The notes: a model not told the origin generated them from the letters alone. DNA of 63,764 nt, filler included, from Reticulomyxa filosa (GCA_000512085.1; 13 parts of 13 records of this genome joined end to end with filler, not necessarily neighbours in it), one strand, 5' to 3'; counted from the whole stretch's first letter, positions 49,961 to 63,642 are shown. Program-made: numbers and translations.

Positions 49961-51170
49961 TATGTGCTCAACATTGCATTCGCTATGCACATTGTACCAG
50001 GCATGCGCATAAAGTCTCCATTCGATATCATGTGCTCTAGCTCGCTATCCTTATTGTCGCTCACTCCAAACGAGCCATTGTGTCATCGCTTAAAATGACG
50101 ACGAGTCCGGCTTCAACATCTCGTGCACTTCCGATAATGACTTGTGCTGTCCTTACTTTGGAGATGACGGGTCCGACATTTCTTTCATTTCATCGTGAAA
50201 CTCTTTGGTTTTTTTTATCATATGCATATGCAAATAATTTTTTAACCTTCGACAAGTTGCTGTCTCAAATGTCAATGTGATCTTTTCGTCGTGCCATTTT
50301 GCCTTCAAAATCCATGTCTTTTGGCTTTGCATCAATTGCGTCGACTCGATTTGTACCTACTCACTCACTGATGTCGTGTACATGTACACTGCAGCAAAAA
50401 TATCAACACCAACAGTTTCTCTATCCAGCGCTACTTTCTGGGTTTCGCCTGCAAATATTTTGTTATTGGATTGCAGTAATATTATAGCATCAAATTTAAG
50501 GATATTCATGCACACTGTTATCTTAACAAAAGCAAGTAATTTTATTTCAATACAAAAAAAAAATTCGTTAAAATTGGTATTCCATTTCATCAAATTGTTT
50601 TGTAGATTCGCCGCTTTGGATTTCAATCGACCATTTTCCTCCGATATCGCTTGAAATCGACTTTCGACGTCTTGCAATCGAAGAAACATTTCGTCCAATT
50701 TCTTTTGTTTTGTGCTTATTTCCAAGTCTTTTTTTTCGATTTCGCTTTCCATTCGTTGAACCTTTCTTTAAGATATCGTGTTTCTTTCATCTTCGCCTTA
50801 TTCTTCTTTTTCTTTTTTTGCTTTAGTGCGCGTGCCAATCTTTGTTGCAGATTATTGTTCGCTTTCTGTCATTGTTTTTTATTTTTATTATTAAGGATAA
50901 AGATTTACTACAAAAAAATATATGCTGGATAGATAAGGGGACCATTGTCATCCCTTTTTTTTAAGAATGTGCGTATTCTACGTAACAAAAAAAAAGCAAT
51001 GTACGACACAAAAAAAGTACACCTTTTCATTGTCCAATTCTTTTTGCAATTTGATCATTTCTTTTCGGAGTTTGGCCGTTGCTTTTTGCATAACGAAATC
51101 TTCTCCAGAAGTATTTTCAAATTGTAAATTGCTAGAGGTACGTAGCGAGGCAATATTTTTCTTCTGTTTG
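49961..51170 (-). pseudogene. Coiled-coil hypothetical gene with in-frame stops, abutting the Tc1 fragment
   Basis: ORFs 50357-50752 and 50153-50335 are K/E-rich and broken by stops. Confidence 0.35.
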
Positions 51171-53825
51171 GCAACATCGAAGCAAATTATAAATTATTTG
51201 TGGACAAAGATCTTCAAATATACTACGAGTTTTGCAAGGTGTTTGGACATTGACAGAATTGTGAAGTAAGTTACTGACGATGACAGCAAGGAGAAATTTT
51301 AACAAATTAAATCTTATTAAAGATACGTTCAGCACAAAAAAAGGTTTGTGTCACAAATATTTTTGTTTTCCCTTATTGATATGATGAAACTTTTTAAAAA
51401 TAAAAAATAAAAAATCAATAATCTACAAAATTTGTAACAGTTGTATTAAAATTTTTGTAAATCCTTCTACTACATGTTAAAAAAATTGAACGAAAATTAA
51501 CTCCAAAAAAAGGGTCAAAAGGAAAGAAAAAACAAAGCTATATTGTCTGTGTTTTTCTCGTTTCAACTTAAGCCACTAGTATTGAAACTGTAAGAAATGT
51601 TGGTGAGCTATCAAGTGAAAAATCTTCCTAAAAAAGGAACTGGCACAAAAATCTGATAACAAAGAAGAACTTATGACACCAAAGTAATGAAATTCTTATC
51701 ACAAATCTATGAAATTGATAATCCACATTATTTTAACAAATTCTGTTTCACGCCGCTACTTCGCATTTTTTTCTTTGGTCGATATAATTTTTTTCACAGA
51801 TCCCGAACATCGCCAAATTGTTGCACTCATTTTGATGGAGAAAAGTACATAATGATTGAAATATTTATACGTTTAAATTTTAATTTTTTTACCTTTTTAC
51901 GTATAAATTTTTTTGAAATTGTTAATAATTTTTTAGGTAGTTGTTGTTTGTCAAAGACCACATGGGGACCACTCTGATGTGGTTGATTATAATGTATAAT
52001 GTAATTAAAATTATATATTGTGGCAAATAAATGTAGTTAAGTCAAGTTACACTTTATTTACACATATATTTTTATTATATTTATATATTTTATATTCGGC
52101 ACCTCGAGTTTCTCGAGGTCTGCCTAGAGTCTTTGTGTGTTTGATAAAAAAAGTATTATGTTTTATGAAGATTAGATCATATTTATGGAGTATTAGAATT
52201 GTCAAAATTATTTTTTGTAAAAGTCAGTGATTTTAAATTTTTATTGTAATCTTTTTTATTTTCACTTTTTTTTTTGTAGTTACTCTTTTCAAGTAGATAA
52301 ATATTTATCTATTGACCTCTTTGCTCTTTCAAAAGATAATATTCAGTATGTTGCTTGTAAAGTTACCAATTGTACTGCCCTTTTTTTTTCTTCATTGTTT
52401 TTGCCCTTTTCTTACCTTGTTGTTCTGACATTATGTAGTTTTAAATTATGCTAGTCAATTTCCGTTGGTTTTTTTCTTTCTTTGTCGATGTTTGGTTCGT
52501 TGATATTAGAAGATAAAATTGGAAAATTAAAATTAAGATCTCTTTGTGTTTAATTTTTGTCACCTAGAAAATATTTCTAGCAACAATAGATTAGCATAAA
52601 CTTCAAAAGAAAGAGTTTTATCTTCTTTTTGATAATACACCCTTTTGTGAGTTCGCTTGATGATTATTTTGTGTAAATTTGTTTCGTGATTTCCGACGAT
52701 GATAGTTGGTCCTTTTTGTTTTCAACATAAACGCAACACACATCATTTTATTTTTAAAAAAATAATGTTTAGTCAAAAGTCACCTTTTTTTAAAAATAAA
52801 TAATTTTTAAATCCTATTTTCAAAAAAAAAAATTTGTGAATTTAAGTTTTATGATTGTAAAAAAAATCACTGGTCATCAAAGCAAAACTTTTTTTTTTCA
52901 ATAAAGTTATGATCCCTTCGTCGGTGATAGTTTTTCCACCCGGGAAAGTTGTGTCTTGAATCTTTGTTCATGTTGTCCGACTCATACAAGTTGTGATTGT
53001 TTACATCACTTGCTTCCATGTAATGATTTGTCTGGAAATTGTCACAAATCTTCATGTGGCATCATATTCTTCATGCCTTAAATATAAGAGACACGTAGCA
53101 TCTCATGATAAATCCATCATTTACACATACATAATGGGAAACAAAATAAAAATAAAAAATATCTTGTGTTTTTGTGGGTATCATAAACCCTTTTTTTGGA
53201 AATTTCGACCATCCATGTTTTTTGACATTACCAGACTTCGTAATGTAACTCGTTTCCTTGTTGCATTTCATAAACTTGGTGTGGTGTATTGTATTGTTTG
53301 TCTTTGTAATTTATTTTTTTTCCGTAATATCACGTTATGTTTTGTTTTTTTATTTATTTGTTTGACAAGTTCAAATGTCCCTTCATTCCAAACTTTTTAC
53401 CTCCCATGAAAATCGAGAGGTTTAAACACGCATTAGTACTAAAGGCTACGAATGCTTTTTATGATCATTGATTTATTATTTTTTGCACTAGAATAAAAAA
53501 CAGGAATACGTGTACTACGAAAAAAAAAAATTGAAAAATTCCAAAAAATTCAGTACTCAGCAAAAAAAATTTTAACGAGAAAATTTGCAAAATAATTTCT
53601 TGTGTTTTAGTTTTGTCAAATCTATTTCCAAAGATTCGAAATATTATTTTTTTTGTAACTACTAACATTTTTATAGAAATTTTGAAAAGTCTTGGGAAAA
53701 CTTTGGAAAGAGAAAGAAAAAAATGTTTATCCACTTTGACGGACATTGTTTGAAAAATATCCCGTTATGATTCTCCACAATGCTTTTTTTAAATTAAGAA
53801 AAAATAAAAGACAGTGACAAAAATA

Positions 53826-54252
53826 CTTAGGCTTAGTAGTGTGATCGTAAATAATTTCATTATATCTTTGCCAAATGTATTCTTTTCCTTCACTTCCGAA
53901 ACTATTTATTTTCGTTTCATTTGAAAAAATCATTTTTCTCCAATCACTTTTGGTCCATGATTTGTGCTTTTTGGCAAACTCTAAACGTAACTTTTTATGT
54001 CGCTTAGTTAAACAATGCTTTTTGATACTTATACAACCATTTAAACAGTGGGATTTTAAAATGTTCTTCACAGTGCTCACGGAGAATGCTCTTTTATATG
54101 TTCGTACGAGTAGCCGCTGCAAATAGATTTAAAAACTATAAGATTAGTATATTTTTAAAAAAATTAGGTTTAAATCTTTATTTTTCATGGAGAAAATCGA
54201 TTCTCTTCATATAGTGCCATTTAGGTATGGCGGTTTTTTTCGCAATCTACTG
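53826..54252 (-). mobile_element. Truncated Tc1/mariner DNA transposon (left TIR + transposase fragment)
   Basis: VSTVKNILK..KKHCLTKRHKKLRLEFAKKHKSWTKSDWRKMIFSNETKINSFGSEG is the Tc1 second HTH plus the start of the DDE domain, with the first Asp changed to Asn. Terminus TA|CAGTAGATTGCG at 54254-54241. Confidence 0.85.
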
Positions 54253-54964
54253 TATATCATAGCATGAAATACCACGTCAACTTTTTTCTTTAGTTTCTTT
54301 TCTTTGTGTGTGTCACACTAACGCAGTGGTGGCACTACTTTTGATGTTGGCATTGTTGTAGATAAGTAGAATAATTTGGCGTGATGAAGTGCTAGCTCTC
54401 TAGCGCATGTGTAGGTGCTGCGTAATTTAGGGATGGTGTAGTAATGCATATATGTAGTGGGGATGGAGGACATGGAGTGTGTAGTTAGATGTGATTGTAT
54501 GTTTGTTGTATGTTTTTGAGAAATATGTATCGTGATGTCTGTCAAAGAAAAGGCAATAAAAGAAATGGATTTGTCAATGTTACAGATTCAATTATGTCTT
54601 TGTGCAAGGTTTATTTGAAAGAAAATTATTTCAAAAGCTACAATAAAAACCAAAATATAGTAAAACAAAATGCAATATTAGAAACAAATCGCTTCATTTG
54701 ATTAAATAAATAAATTATTCATATTGTATTGATAGATAAGTTGTTTTATATACTTAGAAAAATTTCATTTGTGTTAATATCAGACAATGTGTTGCAGTAT
54801 TATTTTGTATTTTAGTGATTTTACAAAAGGACACAAAAGCATTTGGTCAAGCGGGATAAATTTCAATCGAAACATATGTCCTTTTTGTTTTTTAAAGCCT
54901 TTAAAATAATTCTTTGAATCTAACAAGGACTGCAACAAACATTTAAAAATTCATTTATAAGTGT

Positions 54965-56363
54965 TCACCCCCAAACACGAATAGGACCATTAAATGAACC
55001 ATAGCAAAAATAAAAACTATAACTATAATTATCGTTGTTTTTGCTTTCCTTTCCTTTCTTTGTTATTTGAAAAAACTTAAGTGATGATATTCCATTATCT
55101 TCTTCACAATCTCCCTTGATCATATGCAATTCATGTTTATTTGACCGAATATCCCAAAAACGAATTGTACCATCAGTTGATCCAGAACATATTACACTTG
55201 AAACACCACCAATTTCGTCATTATTTATTACAAATGGTAAATATTCGACAGCATTCACCCAATCTGTATGTCCATTGAACACTTGAATTTGTTGACCAGA
55301 TCGAATATCCCACAAACGAACACTTTTATCATTTGATCCAGATAATATCGTATTTGCATCACTATTAATTCCTAATTCATTTGTTCCATATTTTACACAA
55401 GCTAAATTTTCTTTATGTCCTTCAAAGACAACTAATTGCTTAGCGGTTTCAATATCCCAAATACGAACAGTATTATCACATGATCCAGAACAAATAGTAT
55501 ATCCATTACCACCAACTTCATTAATACTATTAATTTTATTGCCGTTGTTATTATTGCTTTGCAATGGTGAAATATCAACACACCAAATAGCTTCTTTATG
55601 TCCATTGAAAACATGCAATAATTTGCATGTTTCAACATCCCATAAACGAATTGTTTTGTCAAATGATCCAGAACATAAATATCGACCACCATTAAATGAT
55701 GAAAATTCAATGCCACCAATACCATCATTGTGTTCATTAAATAATTGTGATTGTTGATTATTTTTGAAATCCCAAAAATAAATGCTATTATCATTTGACG
55801 AAGAACAAATGACATTACGATGATGATAATAATAATGATATGGAGAAAATTTTGCACAATATACTGGAAACGAATGTCCATTGAATGTTTGGATTTGTTT
55901 ATTGGTTTCTACATCCCATATACGTACTGTTCTATCAACTGATCCAGAACAAATTAGTTGATTATCATCGAATGTGAAGTAATCAATACTGTAAACACTA
56001 TTAACGTGTCCAGTTAATGATTTGATTAATTTAGCTGAAGAACGGAACGTATCAAGCATAAAGGCATTGGAAGCCTGTGCCAAATAGTGATTATGTACAA
56101 ACAAAAGTTTGAGCATTGAATATAAAAAAAAATGAAACATAACATAATTGACAACAAGTTTGTCAAAATCATGTATCCATCCTAGTTTAATGTTTAATAT
56201 TCGAATCCAATGTTGTATAATTTTTTGGACCTCGTCTTCTTCTGTCTGATTTAATCACAAATCATATATAATAAGTAAGACAAGCACAAAGACAACTGTC
56301 TTGAAATGAAGTTACCAGCGTCAGTTGCACTGCAATTTCTTGTTCATTGGTAATAGCTGTCAT
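54965..56363 (-). CDS. WD40 repeat protein with an N-terminal HWxRILxIKLGWIxDFD module, 3 exons (56363-56316, 56245-56144, 56074-54965)
   Basis: About 7 WD repeats, paralogous to 9852-11267 (shared LQSNNNN..GGNGY.ICSGS insert and CYGS..GPIR.W end). All introns are phase 0. Confidence 0.88.
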
Positions 56364-57502
56364 TTTCTAAACTTCTTTACCTTTTTTTTGAGATTGTTAA
56401 AACAACGAACTTTCTTGTACAAACTCAATCAGAGTTTGCCAAAATTGAGTACAAAAAAATCAAAGTCAATAATATGAGAGTTATTTTTGAAAGGTAAGAC
56501 ATCAAAATTGTTTTTTTTCGAACTGGTAGAACGGAAGAAAGCAATTCCTTAAAAATAACAGAAAAGAATTTAAAGCATTTTTAAAAATTGTATTGACCAT
56601 GTTGAAAAATGAATTATTCATTGTAGTCCAAGTAAAAATATTCTAAATTTATAAGTATTTCCCACTCAAGTGGATCGATTATTTTGATCAAATTGTTATT
56701 AAATAAGGGTCTATGAAGAAGCACAATTAAAAAGTATATATAATTTGATATAAAAAAGTTTGCGGTTATGTCTCATAATCATGAAATTGTTTTAAGTATT
56801 TTCAAAACATTCATTCAATATTTTTGGTCTAAAAATAAGAAATTTTAAAAAATATACAAAAACACTTTAAAAATAAAGAATTACAATCAATCTACCAATA
56901 CTCAATGTTAAAATATTGACTGGCAAATTTTAACGCCAAATATTTTTGTTTTTAAAAGAAGATTGAGAGCAGAATTTAGGTTGAAGACTGATTTATTGCA
57001 ATATTATTTGACTTTTGTTTATTTCCTAAAAATTTTTTTAGATTTTTTAATTGAAATTTGTCCAAAGGCAAATTGTTCGTGTGTCGCAGTTGACTGGCAT
57101 TTGTGACATTGGGCCGACAGAAATGGAATCTAAAATGGCCTAGAAAAACATTACAAAAAAAGATAATAAAAGAAATGATAAAGAAATAAAAAAATGGGAC
57201 ATGGAACGAAAAAATTGAAATAGTTTTAGTTAATTGACACATTTGTCTATAACCATAAGTCCCACGCGATCAATATGTTCAGAAAACACAGGAACAAACA
57301 AACAAAAAAAAAGAAGTCATCAAATACAGTGCATGCATGACAAAGTGCACACGAATTTCAATTTTAATTTTTTTTTTTTTTTTTTTTTTTTGCCTCGCCC
57401 CCCCTCCCCCTTTCTTCCCAATCCCAAAAAAATTCGCTACCCTCCTGGCAAACAATGAATTTTTATATCAAAAAAAAAAAAAAACAAAACAAAAAGAAGA
57501 TT

Positions 57503-58763
57503 TCACAATACGACACAACACTGACCACTAGGAGGGACATAGTCAGGCATTTCATCCCCAAGCGTGGATCGTCTCTTATGAGGCCCCAAAGTAGCTTGTA
57601 TCTCCAAATTTTTATCTCGTAGAAAGGTGTTAGCTTCACCAACAGCGTCGTTATAATTGCCAGTGGGCTTTCGTTTTTTGGCGACAGCGACGGCGGAAGG
57701 ATTGGGCCCAGTGTTGTTAGTATTGCTGGTATTTTTGGTCTGACTTTGGCCTTCATTGCGAAGATCAGTATCGCGACTGTGATCATGATCGTTGTTATTA
57801 TTTTGAGTGATGGTTTGATTTTGAATGGACGTGGTGGGCAAGGATATGTCATCTTTGATGATTAAAATGTTGCTATCGCTATCCTCATCAGCGAGATGAT
57901 CAGAAACTTTTGTTGTTGTTGTTGTTGTCGTCGTCGCATGTTCTTCATTCCCAGCGATACGTATCTCTTCGGTAACACTACCGCGAATCGTCACAATAAT
58001 ATCATCCCCTTCGGCAGCATTTCTATCCCTTTCCGCCTGCGTGACAATCCCTGCGACGGCGACACCAGATAAGTTTTCCTCCGACGCTCTCTTTTGACTA
58101 TGATACGTATGCAACGTGCCCATCAGCAATTCATTGTCAAAGTGATACTTGATCAACTCCGACTTCTTCGCCTCGCTAAAGAATTTGTCATACAAATTAG
58201 GGTTCAATGTGAAGCCACGAGATCGTGTCTTCACAAGCTGCGTCAGACTCAGCTCATTCATCGTCGGATGCAATGCGTGCAAGAATTCTTCGTAGTCAAT
58301 CTTTCCATCGCCGTTTTCGTCGATTTCTTTCAAAATCAACTCTGCCCTTTGCAAATCCACGTCGGCGATTCCAAACTTTTCCATCGCGTGCTTCAACTCT
58401 TCACTGTCCAGCTTACCATCGCCGTTTTCGTCCATTTCCACAAACATGTCGAACAAGCGCTCGTCCACTGCCACCAACGCGTCATATGCGCTGGAGATCA
58501 CTAGCTCGTCAATCGTTATTGAACGTCCGTCGTCCGCGTCCAAGTTTTTAAAGATCCGATCGATATCCTCATCTCCGAGTTTCGTCGTCGCTTTCATGCC
58601 TTCTCGAAACTCTTCCAAACTTATCTCCCCATTGCCGTCCTTGTCCCACTTTCGGAACATTTCCAGCGTTTGCGCATATCGATGCGGGTCCATATGTAAT
58701 GCAAATAGACGAGCAACAATTTGTTTAAATTCGCACGTGTTTTGGAAGTTTCTTTTTTTTTTT
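57503..58763 (-). CDS. C-terminal part of a CDPK-like/calmodulin-domain protein with 4 EF-hands and a CaaX tail, 5'-truncated
   Basis: Junction-like KNFQKTCEFKQIVARLFA. EF loops DKDGNGEISLEE, DADDGRSITIDE, DENGDGKLDSEE and DENGDGKIDYEE. Ends SGQCCVVL*. Confidence 0.75.
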
Positions 58764-58863
58764 NNNNNNNNNNNNNNNNNNNNNNNNNNNNNNNNNNNNN
58801 NNNNNNNTTAATTAATTAANNNNNNNNNNNNNNNNNNNNNNNNNNNNNNNNNNNNNNNNNNNN

Positions 58864-60909
58864 TTTTTTGTAAACATTGATAAAATCGAGTCCCAACAAA
58901 AATGTAAATTAGATCTCCAACAAAAGTGTCAACAAAGACGACTACTCGCGTCCTCGAAACAAAGTTCCTACCAAAGGCTCCAAATTTGTTACAAACACTC
59001 TTACCCGACTCGTCGTCCTATCAAGTACGTACTCGTTTTTTTTTTCTTTTCCATCCCAGAAAAATTAATCAATCATTTTTTTTTGTGAACATGGACAAAA
59101 TAGAGTCCCAACAAAGGTTCCAACTAGACATCCAACAAAAGTGCCAACAAAGATGCCTAGTCGTCTTCCAATAAGAAGGCCAACTCGTCCTCCAATCAAA
59201 GTTCCTACCAATGCGCTCCAACTTTTTTACCAACACTCTTACCACACAGGCCTCTACCAGTCTTTCCAACCCGTAGCCCCACAAAGTATATTTTTTTTGC
59301 AAATCATCATTTCTTTCTTGTTTTTTGAATAAAAATGTTATGAAACAAATGACTCTGTTTTCTTTGTTTTTTAAAACATAGTGCTCCAACCTTGTTACCA
59401 ACAACACCAACATGAATGTTCTAACAAGGTCAACCAATGCTCAGACCAATCAAATGCTCCAACAAGATCGATCCATGTTCCAGCAAGACCAACAAATATG
59501 TTCCAGCAAGACCAACAAATGTGTTCCAGCAAGATCAATCAATGCTCCAACAAAACCGATCAATGTTCCAACTAGATCAATCAATGCTCCAACAAGACCA
59601 ATCAATGCTCCAACAAGACCAGCCAATGTTCCAGCAAGACCGATCAATGCTCCAACAAGACCGATCAATGCTCCAACAAACTTTACCAATGCTCCAACAA
59701 GACCAATCAATATTCCAACAAAATTAATCAATGCTCCAACAAGATCCACCAATATTCCAGCAAAACCAACCAATGTTCCAGTAAGACCAGTAAATGTGTT
59801 CCAGCAAGACCAACCAATGCTCCAACAAAATCATATTCCAAACGACCAACAAGAGCGCCAACGAGATTGCCAACCAAGTAAATGTTTATTTGTTTAGTTT
59901 GTGATATTACATACACACTCCATTCTTTTTATGATTTTTATAAAAATGATTAAATAGGGTGCCAACTATAAACCTCCACAATTATTTACAAAAAAAACCA
60001 ACTAATTTTCCAACAAGAAGGCCAATTCGTGTAGACTCCACCAAGTATGTACTCGTTTTTTTTCTTTTCACTCCTACAAATTTATCAATAATTTTTTTGT
60101 GAACATGGACAAAATATAGTCCCAAAAAATGTTCCAATTAGACCTCCAACAAAAGTATTGACTCAATCTCCCTACGAGAAGATCAACGAATGTCCCTCTA
60201 CTCAATTCCCTACAAGATTGAGTACGAGGTTTGTATTGCGCTTTTTTTTTTTTTGCATATTTTACCATTGAGTATATTTTTAAATTTGTTTTTTTTTTAT
60301 TAGACCGCCGACACTTTTCCTTACATCACAACATCCGACTGTATCTCTAACGAGAATGTTTACTAGAGTTCCTACCCAAAGACCAACTCGAAGATCTTAC
60401 TCGAATAACCTACCTTTGTTGCCGACACAAATTCCTACAATGCCACAAACTAACTTTCCTACAACTACAATGACATTGACGGTATCTCCAACATGTGTTC
60501 CAACACGGTCAACCAACAAGGTAAGATGTTTTTTATTCGATTGTTTCTTATGTGAATGAATTGAATTGTTATTTTGGAGTGCGAAATCAAAAACTGTAAA
60601 AAAAATAAATAAATTGATAAAAAGGTTTCCAACTGTATATCACCGACAAGTACAACCAACAAGGCCACATACAAGATTACCAACTTACAGGCCAATCCGA
60701 CAATCAACTCTATCGCCATCAAAGTTTGTAATTTGTTTATTGAAACTATGACAAATGCTTTTTTTTTTTTTAAATAAAATTTATGTGTATGAATACAAAA
60801 AGGACTCCAACAAGACAATCAACAAGGACATCTACAAGATTGCCAACTCACAGACCAACTCGTAGGCTCACTCGTACTCCAACTAAAAGGTCAACACGCA
60901 GACCTATTC
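58864..60909 (+). CDS. Pro/Thr/Arg-rich mucin-like repeat protein fragment (multi-exon, possibly degenerate)
   Basis: PT[RK]xPT repeats in short exons, and a 21-nt tandem unit (APTRPIN) at ~59440-59830. Confidence 0.5.
59440..59830 (+). repeat. 21-nt tandem repeat ccaacaagaccaatcaatgct
   Basis: More than 15 degenerate copies in tandem. Confidence 0.85.
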
Positions 60910-61648
60910 NNNNNNNNNNNNNNNNNNNNNNNNNNNNNNNNNNNNNNNNNNNNTTAATTAATTAANNNNNNNNNNNNNNNNNNNNNNNNNNNNNNNNNNN
61001 NNNNNNNNNTTGTCCAACCCAATTGCCTGATGTTCCACCTGGATACGAACGTCGCTCTTCTTCTTTACCTCGTCAAGGACTGCAACCTGTCAATGATTTT
61101 CAACTTAATTTGGCTCATTCTATTGCTCCTTTGTGTCATGCCTCTCCGCAGGTTGTCAACAGCCTTTCCATAAATCAGGACACACTTGGCAGGTTTGTCA
61201 TTGAGTGCAGTGATTATTTCTCACGCTCTGGATCGAGGGACTCCTTTTAACAAATTTTAGTAGTTGTGCATTTTTGGGATTTTTCTTTCTAGGAATTTAC
61301 TTTACACGAAAAAATACATTCCTTGCTGATAAAAAAGTTACATCCATAACTTACAAAACTCCTAAAATCAAACCAAATTTCAGAGTTTTCAAAAACATCC
61401 CAATGTTTGCAGGTATAGAAGTAAATCTAAATTTTTTGAAGCAATGATCTGAACTTAGCAAATTCAAACCATTTTAGACTTAAATCAAGTAAAAAAATAG
61501 CGCTTAAACACAATACATCAAATCATCGCAAAGCAAATGAGTAAAATATATTTTCTAAAACAAAAATCAAGTACATGCCAAGCAAATAATTCAAAAGCAA
61601 GCAAAACAAATCAATCAAAGCACAAAAAATACTGTCAAAAAATAAAAA

Positions 61649-61793
61649 TAAAATATTACGCGAAACGTCAAAAAAACTTATTCAAGCAATTAAAACTGCA
61701 AAATGAATTGGGTGAAATTGCAGGTTTCACCTAATTTATTGTACACATTTTAATTGTTTGATAAGTTTTTTTGACGTTTCGCGTAATATTTTA
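61649..61793. repeat. 145-bp near-perfect foldback (MITE-like or long RNA hairpin)
   Basis: 33-bp perfect outer arms taaaatattacgcgaaacgtcaaaaaaacttat / ataagtttttttgacgtttcgcgtaatatttta. Imperfect pairing continues to a small central loop at ~61718-61724. Confidence 0.88.
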
Positions 61794-63599
61794 GATAAAC
61801 CTTTTTTTTTAGTTTGTTTTTCGAGATGTGTTAAAATTTAAAGTAGCGATTATTTTAGTATTGTATCAAGTAAAATTTGCTGCTTAATTATGTTTTGCTC
61901 GAAGTGATTACTTGAAAGAAACCAACTAACAAATCCGAAAAGTAAACACGTTTATTAAAATTGGAAAAATCCTAAATTTAAAAAATTCAAATAAGTGCAT
62001 TATAGTCACTTTCACTATCATTTTGATTTTGATCTTTATCAATATTATTTAAAAAAGAAGAAGAAGATTGATATTTAGAAGATAAAATAATATAATGTAA
62101 ATTAATATCAGAACGATATATATAAAAAAACAAAGGAACAAGTGCAATAAAAGTAAAAAATATAAATGCAGCTAATCAAAAATAAAAATATTCAAAATGT
62201 CCACCATAGAAAAAATTGATGTTTTCGTTCACTTATTTTGTTTGATATTNNNNNNNNNNNNNNNNNNNNNNNNNNNNNNNNNNNNNNNNNNNNTTAATTA
62301 ATTAANNNNNNNNNNNNNNNNNNNNNNNNNNNNNNNNNNNNNNNNNNNNTTTGACGCAAAGTGTAATAGCCATTTCTTTAAGTTCATGCACCTACCAACG
62401 TACTTTTTTTTTTCTCATTCTTGAGCAATATCTTGAATTTTTTTGGAAATATTATCTCTAACTGGTACGCGTAAGTTCTTTTTGCAGCAATTGATTAATG
62501 TGTGTGTGTGTGCCAATGGAATCCTAAGGATCACCTTTTTCATCGCAATAGCTTGACAATCAATTCTGATTCTCTCTTTCTTGTGGCTATATTTGCGCGT
62601 GCTTGGAGGAATGCATCTTGTTTTTGCTTGTATCAACATCAATTTTGTGTTGAAGAAGAAGAAGGAACAAAGGCTCATTCACTTTTTGATTCTATTTTAT
62701 TTCATATTCATCAAATATGATTTATCTTCTTATATTAGCATAGCAAAGATAGACACATTACTTAACATCAAATCTCAAACTTTGATTATTCTGCAAACAA
62801 CGATAACAAAGACCAAAATGAAGATTGATATTAATCAGCGACTGCTTACATTTGAAGGCTGGTTTTTTCTTTCTTCACTTAATTATTCTCAACTAAAGAT
62901 GCTTTGGGACATGTAATACTTTGATTTTTGTTGTAATATATGATATGCTCCGAGCTACATATCATCACAAAAAAAAAAGTCCATGGAATTATGAACATCC
63001 AAGCTGCATCTTTGCACTAATAATCACCACGAGTATTATTTGTCCATGATCTTTTGTTGCAATACCAAATATTTCTGTTCCATTAATGCCGTGATGTTTC
63101 TTCAAAAAAGGGTTGCATCGTTTCTGTGTTAATCTCTGCAGCAACTTCCAACATTCGAGCCAGGACCTTGGTTTAATATTGAAGACATCTATTAAGTTAT
63201 TATTTACAAAACTATATCGCATCAAGATTTAGATGTCATTGTCAGTACTTGCAAATATATATTCAAAACTTGCAATCCCAGCAAATTACACTTTTGAAAC
63301 AATGTTTGTCCAAGCCAAGCCATCAATCGACTTAACCTTTTTTTTTATAACTCTCAATTGATCAATAATTCCTTTTTGTACATTCATTCCTGTTCATAAC
63401 ATCTCCGTCCATCAAAAGTCTTTGGCAAATCGTTTTTAATAATGTGATCCCAAACAGTTAGCAGAGTCAGTGATGTTAATAATGATAACGGTAATATTGG
63501 AGGGGGGGCAAGGACACAACTGGCAGTTGGATTTGAGTGCTGTCAGCGCGGAGAAGGGGCGAGGGATCGTTGAGCGTAGCAGTCCATATCATGAATGAT

Positions 63600-63642
<43 letters not shown>

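Noticed and set aside
52560-53410. Short ORFs upstream of the Tc1 relic
   Set aside because: No recognisable motifs; fragmented and AT-rich.
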